Below are positions 52,527 to 62,581 of a stretch of 64,000 nt of DNA, piece after piece. Position numbers and translations under genes: made by a program. The stretch comes from Lophium mytilinum (taxonomy: Eukaryota): the NCBI GenBank assembly GCA_010093605.1, contig MU004184.1, forward strand, positions 1,560,801 to 1,624,800. The letters run 5' to 3'. Each line of letters opens with the position of its first letter. Within the stretch, counting starts at the first letter, position 1. A model generated the notes under the pieces. It was not told where the DNA came from and ran no database searches. It worked only from the letters and a program-made list of their open reading frames with translations.

Positions 52527-54077
52527 CTAACCTTCAAATTCGCTCCCCTCGCCATCACTGCCTAGATCACTCAAGCCACTGCTCTCCTCATCGCTGTCCA
52601 TGGCCTTCTTGCCTTTCCTTTTAGGCGTACGAGACGCCTTCTTTCCCATGACTGGGCTGCCAGCACCCTCTTTGCGACCACCAGATCTAGTAACCAAGTG
52701 ATCGATGACGCATCCTTCTTCCCAACCAACACTGCTCTCACCCGTTATTGCTCTGCATCTCGGACATGTTTTCCCGTGTTTGATGAACAGCTGGTGTAGC
52801 GGATATTTGAGATCATCTGGTATCTTGACCTCGAGATGCGCGTATGTCGAGTTCCTTGTCGGGCCAGCAAAGACACCTTTCTTTTTCTTGCTCTCAACTT
52901 CGTCGCTCGCTGGGCCGAGACCAGAAGGGTCGCCTGGAGGTGGAACCCACCCTAGCCACTTGCATAGCCGGAAAACGTGCGTATCGACTGCAAAGCTCGG
53001 TCGCTGGAGGCAGAAGAGAAGGACACAAGAGGCCGTCTTGGGTCCGATGCCAGGGTATTTCGTCAGGGCGTTGAAAGCATCATCCGTGGAGAGCAGATGC
53101 AGATGATCAAGGCTCAGTACGCTTTCTTCGGCACGTGCGACTTCCACATCCTTCTCCTCGCGAGGCTCCTTCTCGACGCCAGCTGGGCCGGCCGAGGAAT
53201 CAGTGAGAGAGGTTGCTCGTGCTTCATTCTCCTCCCAGACCATCTGCAATATCGCCTTTATGTCCTTGCTCTTAACATCTGCGAGGCCTCCGGACTTAAT
53301 TGCTTCGAAGATTTCCTTCACGTCGGCACGTCGCACAGCATCCCAATCGACGCTTCCCTTGCCAACACCCTCTTGCAATATTCCGAATCGTGAGACTAGG
53401 CCAGCAAAAGCGCGGGATGAGTTTGTGCCAGACGTTGCTGCCGACAAGCGAGTGCGGATGAGGGCATCAAGCACAGAGGGGACTTCTCCACAACCGGATA
53501 CGGTGAGCGAGGGTATTGGGATGGTGGCCGGCGCCTTGACTTTTCCATGTACTGAAGATAGGAGACGATTAACTTCGTGGCACTCTTCTGCCGTGGGGTG
53601 AGGCCAATTCGGGTATGGACTTTGACCAGGTACGAGTCCATAAGAGTTATTCTTCTTCTTAGGAGAGGTCGATGGAGTGGCTGTCGATATTGCTTTAGCC
53701 GAGAACGACTCAACATCTTCTTCAACTTCTGCATCGCCTTTCTGAGCCTTGGCTGACTTCCTCCGTTTCGCGGGAGGCGACTTGGGAGTGTATGGTGCTG
53801 CATCCGTCAGGGCTCCTCCAATGGCGCCTAGGTTATGAGGAAGCTCATTGATATCTTCTTCTTTCTTTACGGCAGTCCTCGTCCGTTTGCGAGTGCTTTT
53901 TTGTGTGATGGGATCGCTTTCCTTAGAGGTGCCGTTTCGAATTCCTCGTTTCTTGGGAGGTGCTGGAGTTGACGGAGGGCTTGACAGCTGCTGCGGTTCA
54001 AGCTTAATGTTGGCTGATCTAGGCGGAGAGCTGGCGGTTTCCGCGGCTTTAGAAGCTCGGGTAGCTCTAGGGGCCAT
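52527..54077 (-). CDS. HhH-GPD superfamily DNA glycosylase
   Basis: GCGEVPSVLDALIRT, AIKSGGLA, YPGIGPKTASCVLLF, FAVDTHVFR, HGKTCPRC. Confidence 0.9.
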   Translation of the reverse strand: MAPRATRASKAAETASSPPRSANIKLEPQQLSSPPSTPAPPKKRGIRNGTSKESDPITQKSTRKRTRTAVKKEEDINELPHNLGAIGGALTDAAPYTPKSPPAKRRKSAKAQKGDAEVEEDVESFSAKAISTATPSTSPKKKNNSYGLVPGQSPYPNWPHPTAEECHEVNRLLSSVHGKVKAPATIPIPSLTVSGCGEVPSVLDALIRTRLSAATSGTNSSRAFAGLVSRFGILQEGVGKGSVDWDAVRRADVKEIFEAIKSGGLADVKSKDIKAILQMVWEENEARATSLTDSSAGPAGVEKEPREEKDVEVARAEESVLSLDHLHLLSTDDAFNALTKYPGIGPKTASCVLLFCLQRPSFAVDTHVFRLCKWLGWVPPPGDPSGLGPASDEVESKKKKGVFAGPTRNSTYAHLEVKIPDDLKYPLHQLFIKHGKTCPRCRAITGESSVGWEEGCVIDHLVTRSGGRKEGAGSPVMGKKASRTPKRKGKKAMDSDEESSGLSDLGSDGEGSEFEG

Positions 54078-54546
54078 CGTTCGGAACGAGAAAGTGTTTC
54101 TCTCGGGAAATAGAAGAGGCTTGCTAGCCCGTAGGCGATGAACTATCCGAGATAATATGATGTAGTGTATAGAGAAGAGAGGTAGCTTCAGATGGGTAGT
54201 GAGATGAACGGTGAAGGCGTTCACTTGCAAGAGAGATAAAGCTAAGTTAAATTGTGAAGCAAATAGAGTGAAGAAGAAGAAGGGGAGATACCACACCTGA
54301 TGACGTCTCGATTGGTGAAGGGAGATCGAGGAGCATGGACCCTTTTCGGGTACCTTGCAGATCCCTTACTATATGACGGTGGTGGAGACTAAGCGGGACT
54401 TATGTAAACCGACGACGCTAGCTACTGACACTTTAGTGACAGCTCCCGCATAACCCCGCTACCCCAACATTACCTCCGCCATCAACTCCGAAACATCACC
54501 TTCAAGCTTCCTCTCTCCTCAAAACAATCTTTGTAAGATAGCAATT

Positions 54547-55423
54547 ATGCCGCCCCCTAAAGCCTTGGTTGTCCCTGCCCTGAAGCGTCACACTGCAACC
54601 GTCATCGTGGCCCACGGTTTAGGTGATAGCGGTGCAGGATGGTAAACTTCACCCCCGAGCAAGCTGCACTAAACGTCTGTTAATATTTACATATAGGGTC
54701 TTCCTCGCAGAGAACTGGCGCCGACGCAACAAATTCGAAGAAGTCTCCTTCGTATTCCCATCTGCTCCCGCCATTCCTATCACAATCGTATGCCGCTGTA
54801 GCTTCACAATGCGCCTATCCTAACAGCTCGATCAGAACATGGGCATGAGCATGCCTGGATGGTACGACATCAAATCACTCTCGGATCTCGCCGGCCGCGA
54901 AGAAGACGAGGCCGGGATCGCAAAGTCTCGCGACTACTTTCACTCCCTAATTGCCGGCGAAATAGAGAAGGGCATTCCATCTAATCGGATCGTGCTCGGA
55001 GGATTCTCACAGGGTGGCGCCATGTCGCTGCTGTCCGGTATCACAGCGCCGCAGAAGCTTGGTGGAATATTTGGGCTGAGTTGCTACCTGCTGCTGTCGA
55101 AGAAACTCCAGGAGCTCTTGCCGGCGGACAATCCGAACAAGGAGACACCTATATTCATGGGACATGGTGACATTGATCCCGTGGTCGAATACAAGTGGGG
55201 ACTACGGAGCGCGGACGAACTAAAGAAAGGGGGATGGAATGTGGATTTCAGGACCTACAAGTATGGATTTCGTATATTTATACTGAGAGCACAGACGCTA
55301 ACTCGAAGTAATAGGGGCCTCCAGCATTCGGCAGACCCCGAAGAGATCGACAACCTTGAAGCCTATCTCAACGGACAGATACCTCCGCTCGGCGACGAGA
55401 AGAAGCCCGAGACCTCGCTCTGA
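54547..55423 (+). CDS. Acyl-protein thioesterase 1 (phospholipase/carboxylesterase)
   Basis: HTATVIVAHGLGDSGAG|W, MPGWYDI, GGFSQGG, GHGDIDPVV, HS catalytic His; three introns. Confidence 0.92.
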
Positions 55424-55989
55424 CTCTCCACTGGACATCACCTTCACGATTACAGATATGTCAACATAGTCATGTTGGGGTGTTTGATAGTATTCTGCAT
55501 TGCAGCGTTCAGATTGGTACCTAGAAGGCGAGGGGGGAAGGTTATATGAGATATTCATAACGAACCTGATGGCCTACGACCAATACCACGACAGTGTGCC
55601 TTCAGACCCTATAGTTTGCTCAAAGGTTGAACTGCTGTGTAGTGGTCAACTGTAATACTCGGCTGCGGTTTCACTTAACGGAAGCATATAATTACTGAAT
55701 GATGTCCAAAAAGCATAGAAATGGTCACATTTGTAGACAAGAGGTTGGACATGTAAATGAGGGGTTTTTGTTGTGTATGAGGTGTGTGTTTCTCAGCTCT
55801 ACGTCGAATCATAAGGCGCGAAACTTGGTTCTGGCTGATTCTAATACCTAGCCAATGGTGAAAGGGGTGATCTGGGAAACGGAAAGGGGGAACTGCTGCT
55901 TGATGCTAGGTCATGCCACTATTCATGTAGCGCATATCATCATCGGCTTACAGACTTTGAGCAGCGTTAGCCTATTCCTCGAGAGCGTC

Positions 55990-57138
55990 TTACCCCATGA
56001 TGATATCTCCGTCCCCATCCACATCGAATACGGATCCCTTCTGAATGGCTTCTATGGCTCGTTTGCCGACCGGTATCATACCGCTGACCAGTCGTCTAGC
56101 AGTCGCTCGGTCTTGCGGCAATGTCTGCAATGCCTTCATCATCCAAGCATTGAGCACGCTACTGTAGGCATATGACCAGCGAGGGATGTGCTTTTTAGCA
56201 GAATCACTGTGCCAGCGTACACGCTGCTCTTGATCTTTAGACTTTGTTGCAAGCCATTCTTCTATCGAGAGATCAATCGGGTGCATCACGCGGGGGATGC
56301 CTTCGCACTCCCGCCGATAATCTTCTCGGAGCTTAAGTTTCATCTCAGCGTTCTGGGTCTCGCTGGAGGCTTTCCGATACCTCTGGAAGATGATCTGGTG
56401 TTCTCGGTGATTGTAGGGAGGGGCGTTGAGTGCGAGCCAGTGAATTACGCATCCTACCGCCCACACATCACCCTTGTGGTTGATATGGGGCTGTTCGGGC
56501 GGTAGATAATCCTCGGTTCCCACGATGGTCATGCCAGAGGGGTGTGTATGATCAGGAGTGCCTGATCGGGAGAAGTCAGCCAGCTTGATTTGTGGTGTCA
56601 TATCTGTAGGACCGGGAGCTACTAGAATATTTGATCCTTTGATATCGAAATGCACGATTGGTCGCCAATCTCCCCGTTCTGTGTTGGGAGGCCCGTAATG
56701 GAGGAAGTCTAGTGCCTCTGAGAGTTGGATGTACACGTGCCAGATCAGCTCTTCGGGCACATAAACAATGGCATTTCTACGGTGGACGTAGCTTTTGTAG
56801 TCGACCAAGTCCCCATGAGAGCAGTATTCAAGGAAGAGGGTTTGGTCGCCATACTCGGGATAGTTCTGTTTATGGCCCAAGATCTGAACAATATTAGGCC
56901 CGGCTCGAGCTTTTCTCAGCATCTCAACTTCTCGTAGAATAAATTCTCTGGAACTCTTCGACACTTTGGCGACGATTTGCTCGTTTGGCTTCCACGACTG
57001 GTTACCGTACAGATACACTATGCCGTCAGAGCCACGACCGATTTCACGTCGCTTTCGATAGGTCCTTACGATATGCTCTGTACGGGCGTAGAACTCGATG
57101 TCGTCCCCGTCAGTGTTGGTGGTGGTGTTGGATGGCAT
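55990..57138 (-). CDS. Atypical NEK/NIMA-like protein kinase 1 (intronless, non-RD)
   Basis: IGRGSDG, VAK, LEYCSHGDL, HFDIKGSN, LADFS, GTEDYLPPE, GDVWAVG. Confidence 0.85.
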   Translation of the reverse strand: MPSNTTTNTDGDDIEFYARTEHIVRTYRKRREIGRGSDGIVYLYGNQSWKPNEQIVAKVSKSSREFILREVEMLRKARAGPNIVQILGHKQNYPEYGDQTLFLEYCSHGDLVDYKSYVHRRNAIVYVPEELIWHVYIQLSEALDFLHYGPPNTERGDWRPIVHFDIKGSNILVAPGPTDMTPQIKLADFSRSGTPDHTHPSGMTIVGTEDYLPPEQPHINHKGDVWAVGCVIHWLALNAPPYNHREHQIIFQRYRKASSETQNAEMKLKLREDYRRECEGIPRVMHPIDLSIEEWLATKSKDQEQRVRWHSDSAKKHIPRWSYAYSSVLNAWMMKALQTLPQDRATARRLVSGMIPVGKRAIEAIQKGSVFDVDGDGDIIMG

Positions 57139-57411
57139 GATGTACTGCTGAAACGAACTGTTGATAATTCGGAGAAGAACATCATGCTGTGTAAATACCT
57201 AGAATCCTGACAATGTAATCGAACAACTCACTCACCCGGCCTTGACTATGTGAAATGACGAAGCATATGCATTGTTGAGAAAACATCAGAACAAACAACG
57301 ATACTGAGGGCCACGAACACAACATTTGCTCACAGGCCTTAGCCGCTGCTGCTAATGTCTTTTCTCGATGTTAATTGCTGCAATCCGACCTTGATTCTGC
57401 TCCGCTAGTTC

Positions 57412-57527
57412 TGGAGTAGCTCAAGTATATAGCCAACTACCCATCAGAAGGTTATCCAATATCCATCGTCACAGACTTGACATCGTAGTCGATTTTTTGA
57501 AAGCCCATGGGGACACCCCAAGCAGTG
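57412..57527 (+). repeat. Copy C of the ~130-bp foldback element (degenerate)
   Basis: 57477-57527 matches copy A (58153-58203) at 40/51 nt by manual count; weaker similarity extends to about 57412. Confidence 0.65.
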
Positions 57528-57546
57528 TCATTCGAGTGTACGCACG

Positions 57547-58912
57547 TTAGATTCTCTTCCCTCTGTAGATCGTTAGCTCGTAGTCTGTAAGTTGATTTGG
57601 GGGGGCTGTACTTGTGTAACGGAGTGGGAAATGCTGTCGGTTGTAGTCTTCGATTTCCCGTTCGCCGATGGGTACCATAGCCTCTACGAGCTGTTTCGCA
57701 GTGATTCGACGAGAAGGATCATACTCCAGAGCCTTCGTCATCCATTTGTTGAGTTCGCTACTATAAGCGTGCGAGTGAATAGGCTGGTAAGGAAGAATAG
57801 CCGTGCCGGTGGTGGTCTCGAATTCCTGCAGCCAGGCTTCTCGGGAAAGATGGATCGGAAAAACTCGACAGGGGACCTCCTCGAACATGCGATCTTTGTT
57901 TCCGCAATACGTATGTCGGTTTACATACATTTTCGCGTGCTGGACGTAGTCGACAGGAGGGGCGTCCAATGCCAACCAATGAACTATTCCGCCGATTGCC
58001 TTAAGGTGGCAATAAAATTAGCAAATCTTTCAAAATCATGGTAAGGGAACCGAAGTTTTCTTCATGGAATTCCAAGACACCACTGTTGGGGGTAGCCTGA
58101 CTGCTGAGCAGGCAATCGGTCAAGAGGCAGTCTAATCTGCACTGCTTGAAGTTTGACATCGCCCTCGAGTCTTCGAAACCCTGTGGGGGTACCCCAAGCA
58201 GTGGCGTAGCTGGGAAACATTTTATCTGTGTTGGGGGCTTACGTACCCAAACGTCACCACAGGGCGTAATGTCGGGCTTTTCAGGAGGTAGATACAACCA
58301 GGTTCCGTATACTCCGGTCTTTTCTCCCTTCGGAATTTCTTTTGCTCTTGCGAAGTCCGTGAGCTTGACCACTGGCGATGCATCCGGGAGTAGTGGCGTA
58401 TAGTGAGTGCCCGGGCATAGCAAGATGTTCGCCGCTTTAATGTCGCAGTGGGCGATAGGAGTCCAGCCCGAGCACCTTGCTGGCCCGTTGTGGAGGTAGT
58501 CCAGGGCTTTTGAGAGCTGGGCAAATGCGTTCCAAATGAACACCTCGGGTACAACACCTTCTACGCTTATTGTAGATTTGTAGTGTAGTAAGTCTCCTAG
58601 GGTGCAGTATTCGAGTAATATGGTGTGATTCCTAGGACTAGGAAACTTGTGGACTTCGCCTAGAAATCGCACAATGTGGAGGCAATCCGCAGCAAGTTTT
58701 CGTAGCATTCGAGCCTCGCGCATTATGGCGCCCATACCCCCCGCATCCCTGGAAACCTTTGCGGCAACTTGGCGTGGATTGTCTCTGTATTCGTACTTAT
58801 GTCGTTGGTATAGGATCACGATGCCGTCCGTTCCGCTTCCGACTGTCCTTACGGGTCGATAATATGCTGTAACTTCGCGCCCGGTGATCTTTTGTTCGGT
58901 CGGGAACGACAT
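57547..58912 (-). CDS. Atypical NEK/NIMA-like protein kinase 2 (non-RD; paralog of kinase 1)
   Basis: VGSGTDG, AAK, LEYCTLGDL, HCDIKAAN, LTDFA, GTWLYLPPE, GDVW|AIGGIVHWLAL. 247-nt intron 58246-58000 (GTACGT...GCTAAT...TAAG). Confidence 0.82.
58076..58206 (+). repeat. Copy A of the ~130-bp foldback/MITE-like element, inside the kinase-2 intron
   Basis: Imperfect terminal inverted repeats CACTGTTGGGGGTAGCC ... GGGGTACCCCAAGCAGTG, plus inner stems GTCAA/TTGAC and AGGCAGT/ACTGCTT. Confidence 0.75.
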
Positions 58913-59100
58913 GATTGGCGAATGGAAGAAGAATGCCAACAGTGCGAAAGCTTGAATAGATAGGAGGAAACGATTGGATTATGAGTGGTGTTGGTGTAGC
59001 TAGCTCGCAGATGAGAAGGAAAGGTATAGTTACACACAGAAGCTGCTGAGTGACTGGCTGCACAGGAAGGGACTACAGCGGTATCGCCCCTGCAGAGGTT

Positions 59101-59231
59101 CACCGCTGCTTGGGGTACCCCCACAAGAATTACAAGATCCAGCGGCGACGTCAAGGTTTAAGCACCACAGATTAGACCATCTCTTGATGATCTGTCTGTT
59201 CAGCAACCAGGCTACCCCGAACACTGTTGTC
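59101..59231 (-). repeat. Copy B of the ~130-bp element, inverted relative to A and C
   Basis: Reverse complement aligns to A over the full length (roughly 75% by eye), including the exact 20-mer TGTGGGGGTACCCCAAGCAG. Confidence 0.8.
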
Positions 59232-60211
59232 GAGTGAGCAAGTTGGAGCCAAGCAGAAATGAGTTCATGTACCCAGCGTTATGGCCTAGTACTGTAGAAC
59301 ACAGATCTAGGCGCCGTAGGGGCGCGATCAGGGGTTTGCCAACGAACGTATCAGTACATTGTTAGAGCGTTTGGAAAGGTGAGGCGTCCCTTGAAAGTGC
59401 GATACACGCGATATATCGGTAGCGAGAATGCGTGTAGCTTCATCTTATAGAAGGTTTATGAGTGATAACAAGATACACAGCAGATGCGGTTCGACTGCTT
59501 TTCATAGTGATGTTATGATGGGATGCTCCGAGCGATAGAGATGCCAGATTCAAGATTGATAACATTATCGAAAGGAAACCTTGACTTACCAGGTCCCTAA
59601 AGCCTCTTTTGTACCACACAGTGCACTCCCAGCTATTAGCAGGGGAACAGTCAAGCGTCAATGTCCATGCTTTAGGACGAGGAATAAGGACGAGCTGCTC
59701 CCGAAGTCGAAAGCTAGATTGTACAGTACCTTGTCGCAACCTACATGAACAACCTTCTACCGCGAGCTGCAACGCCTCAACACCTCTTCAAGATGGAGGC
59801 TCTCCGTTCCGGATAATCGTTAACTTCGCTAGGCCGCCTCAGCGGAGAGAACGCATACATCGTGGGGTATGGCCTATTTCTCCGGACTGCTGTCAGTGAG
59901 TTCGAGCACTAGAGGTAGTCGCTCGAAAATGTACACATAATTATGAAGAGTCACTGCAGATGCTTAGCTTAGACGCACAACCTTCGCTGGAAGAAAGTAC
60001 ATTACCTGCCAGTGCCAGAAGTCACCACCCTAGGGTAACGACGAATACCCTTCACTAGTTCGATTTCAGGATCCAAATTACAACCCAATTCAAAGGTCAT
60101 TCATGCCACCGTTACGGAAACAGCTACACTCCGTCTATTCTACACAAACCTAGTCCTTTCGACCCCGGCCCATTTTACAGATACACACCCTTCACTCCGA
60201 AATTCACCACC

Positions 60212-60911
60212 TCACCGCACTGTCTTCTCCACAAACTCCTTCTCCAATTTCCCAACCTCGGCCTTGAAAGCCGCCACCTCCTTCCAGCAATCCAGCGGCC
60301 GCCTGTCGTTCGCCCGTAGACAGGTGACAACATCGTCCTTCGCTTTCGACACCGCCGCATCCACCTTGTCCAGCTTTTTCCTCGACTCCAGCTTCTTCTT
60401 CAGCTCCGCAATCTCCTTGGACACGCTGTTCCGGCTCATATCCTGCTGGCGCTGCTTCTCAGCCAGCGTCGCGGAGCTGCTTAGGGTATCGCCAATCTTC
60501 TCGACGAGGGAGGGTTCCGAGGGCGTAGAAGTCTCGTCCGACAGCGACTCGGAGAGCTGGGCTAGCTTTGTGGATTCTTGCGCTTGGAGCTTTTCGAGTT
60601 CGGAGGTGACGCGGGATTGGATCTGGAGCTCGAGGGTCTTGGAGCGCGTGGAGTCGGACTGAGGTGAGTGGTTAGACAGGATCTCGACAACGTGATTTCG
60701 CTTTCCAGATATTTCTAACCTGATTGCTGTTCTGCAGCGAGTCTACCAGCTCGTTCGAGAACCGGACGGGAGCGTCTCTGCGATACAAGTCAGAACGAGG
60801 AAGATCTCGGGAGTGCTCCCCCAGCGGCCAATTGGCGCGATGCGCGGCTACTCACGCGGCGAAAACATGCTGCGACTGCTCCGAGGTGGGTTTCGAGTTT
60901 CCGTTCCCCAT
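60212..60911 (-). CDS. MIC19: MICOS subunit Mic19-like (DUF1690) protein
   Basis: MGNGNSK myristoylation-type start, PVRFSNELVDSLQ, SDSTRSKTLELQIQSRV, VVTCLRANDRRPLDCWKEV; two introns. Confidence 0.85.
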
Positions 60912-61104
60912 TTTGGCGTCGTGGGTACTGGGCGGATGATGAATTGGGGAGATGCTCGCAGCCCTGACGTTGGCCCGAAAGCTGGCATCGGCCTTGGCAC
61001 GACAAATTCCCGCTAAACACAGACACGCGCCAGGAAACCTCTCAACACCACGCCGCCATCACCACTTCCACGCTCGCTTCTCCACGGGCGCCGCAATCCC
61101 AGCC

Positions 61105-61971
61105 ATGCCGGAAACCCTACTGACGGCATGGCTGCGTAAGCCCACCACCGCCGTCGCCTCTCCCACCCCGCAACCTCAGAAGAAATCCTACGCCACGGCC
61201 GCCGCGCCAGAGCCCGAACCCGTCAAACGCGACAAAATCTCCTCCTACACGCCCGCCCTCACTCTCGCCCTTGACTCCGAAGACGTCCCGCCGTCCGCGC
61301 CCCCAGCCCCCCCAGGCCGCCCAAAGAAACCCCCCTTCTCCCCGCTCCGCCCCCTTCCCCCGAACATCACCCTCGTCGCGCCCCACACCTCCCTCCTCCC
61401 CGCCTTCAAACTCCTCAACCAATCCCTCTTCCCGATCCCCTACCCGCCCGCCTTCTACGCCGAAACCCTCGCCGACCCCATCACCGCCTCCATCACACTC
61501 TTCGCGCTCTGGCACCGCGTCGCGCCCGCCGCTACGCAGGTCGCCGAGATACTCAGCGCCTACTGCCCTCCCGACACCGAGGAGACCGTCGCCGAGCCAC
61601 CGCCTACGCTCATCGGCGCGGTCCGCTGCCGCCTCGTGCATCCGGACGACAAGGCTGCGCGCTCCGTGGGGCTGGGGAGTGGGGATAAGCCGACGCTGTA
61701 TGTGGCGACGTTGTGTGTGCTGCCGACGTACCGCGAGCATGGGTGCGCGTCGCATCTGGTTGCGCGCGTTGTGACGGCGGCGGCGCGCGAGCATGGGGTG
61801 GGTAGTGTGACGGCGCATGTGTGGGAGGCGAATACGGAGGGGCGGGAGTGGTATAAGCGGAGGGGGTTTGTGGAGCAGGGGCTTGTGGAGGGGTATTATC
61901 GGCGGCTGAGGCCGAGTGGGGCTGTGTTGGTGAAGAGGGTGGTTGGGGTGCAGGATTTGGTTGGATGGTGA
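61105..61971 (+). CDS. GNAT N-acetyltransferase (Naa50/Nat5-like)
   Basis: LFPIPYPPAFY, LYVATLCVLPTYREHGCAS, AHVWEAN...WYKRRGF, GYYRRL; upstream in-frame ATG at 60952. Confidence 0.85.
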   Translation: MPETLLTAWLRKPTTAVASPTPQPQKKSYATAAAPEPEPVKRDKISSYTPALTLALDSEDVPPSAPPAPPGRPKKPPFSPLRPLPPNITLVAPHTSLLPAFKLLNQSLFPIPYPPAFYAETLADPITASITLFALWHRVAPAATQVAEILSAYCPPDTEETVAEPPPTLIGAVRCRLVHPDDKAARSVGLGSGDKPTLYVATLCVLPTYREHGCASHLVARVVTAAAREHGVGSVTAHVWEANTEGREWYKRRGFVEQGLVEGYYRRLRPSGAVLVKRVVGVQDLVGW

Positions 61972-62581
61972 GAGCAGTATTGGGGGGAGGGGAGAGGTTG
62001 GCTGCGTTGGAAAGGGGTGTGGTGACGAGCCTATGGAAAGTCTGCCCAGGGTTTGAGAATGAGTCTATGAGGAACGAGCTATGAAAATTCGGTATAGAAA
62101 TCTTCGGAGTTGCAGAAAAGATGGGGTGGAGAACACTGCGGCTTTTGACAAGCCTGGGACGAGGCTGAAACCAACGCCGCAGATGCTGCTGTCCGAAGTA
62201 GTCCAGCCAGTTTACAGACTGTTCAAAAAGATCAGTTCGTGACTTGTCAAGGCATATCGGAATTCTCGGGCAGCGATGAACCAGAATGCACAGACCTGGC
62301 ATCAGCTGTAAAGACTGCCCTTGAAAAGAACCCAAGTTATCAAAATTCAGGTAGTGCACAAAAAGCCGACCCAGAGAAGTGCCAACAGTCAAAGAAAGGA
62401 ATGAAGGGATTCCAAGATCAACGTGTTCCAGAATGAGACTTTTCAATAATCTCACGGACTGCACAAAACTGTTCAAATACCTCTCCTCCCCTCCTCTCTA
62501 CCCCCTTTGTAACACGGACATCAATATCAATATCAACAGCAACCTCAATCTCAACATCAACATCATCCCTCTTTCCAACCC

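Noticed and set aside
55421..55426. Possible stop-codon readthrough after APT1 (TGA CTC)
   Set aside because: Not the TGA CTA motif, and the extension does not end in a PTS1-like tripeptide.
57412..59231. Reading the triple repeat as a CRISPR array or LTR pair
   Set aside because: Eukaryotic locus, mixed orientation, diverged copies, no regular spacers and no cas, gag/pol or transposase ORF.
61117..62476. Long antisense or alternative-frame ORFs over the GNAT gene
   Set aside because: Shadow ORFs caused by the extreme third-position C/G skew.
62519..62567. Degenerate (ATCAAC)n hexamer run
   Set aside because: Simple repeat in the glucokinase 3' region; no further structure.
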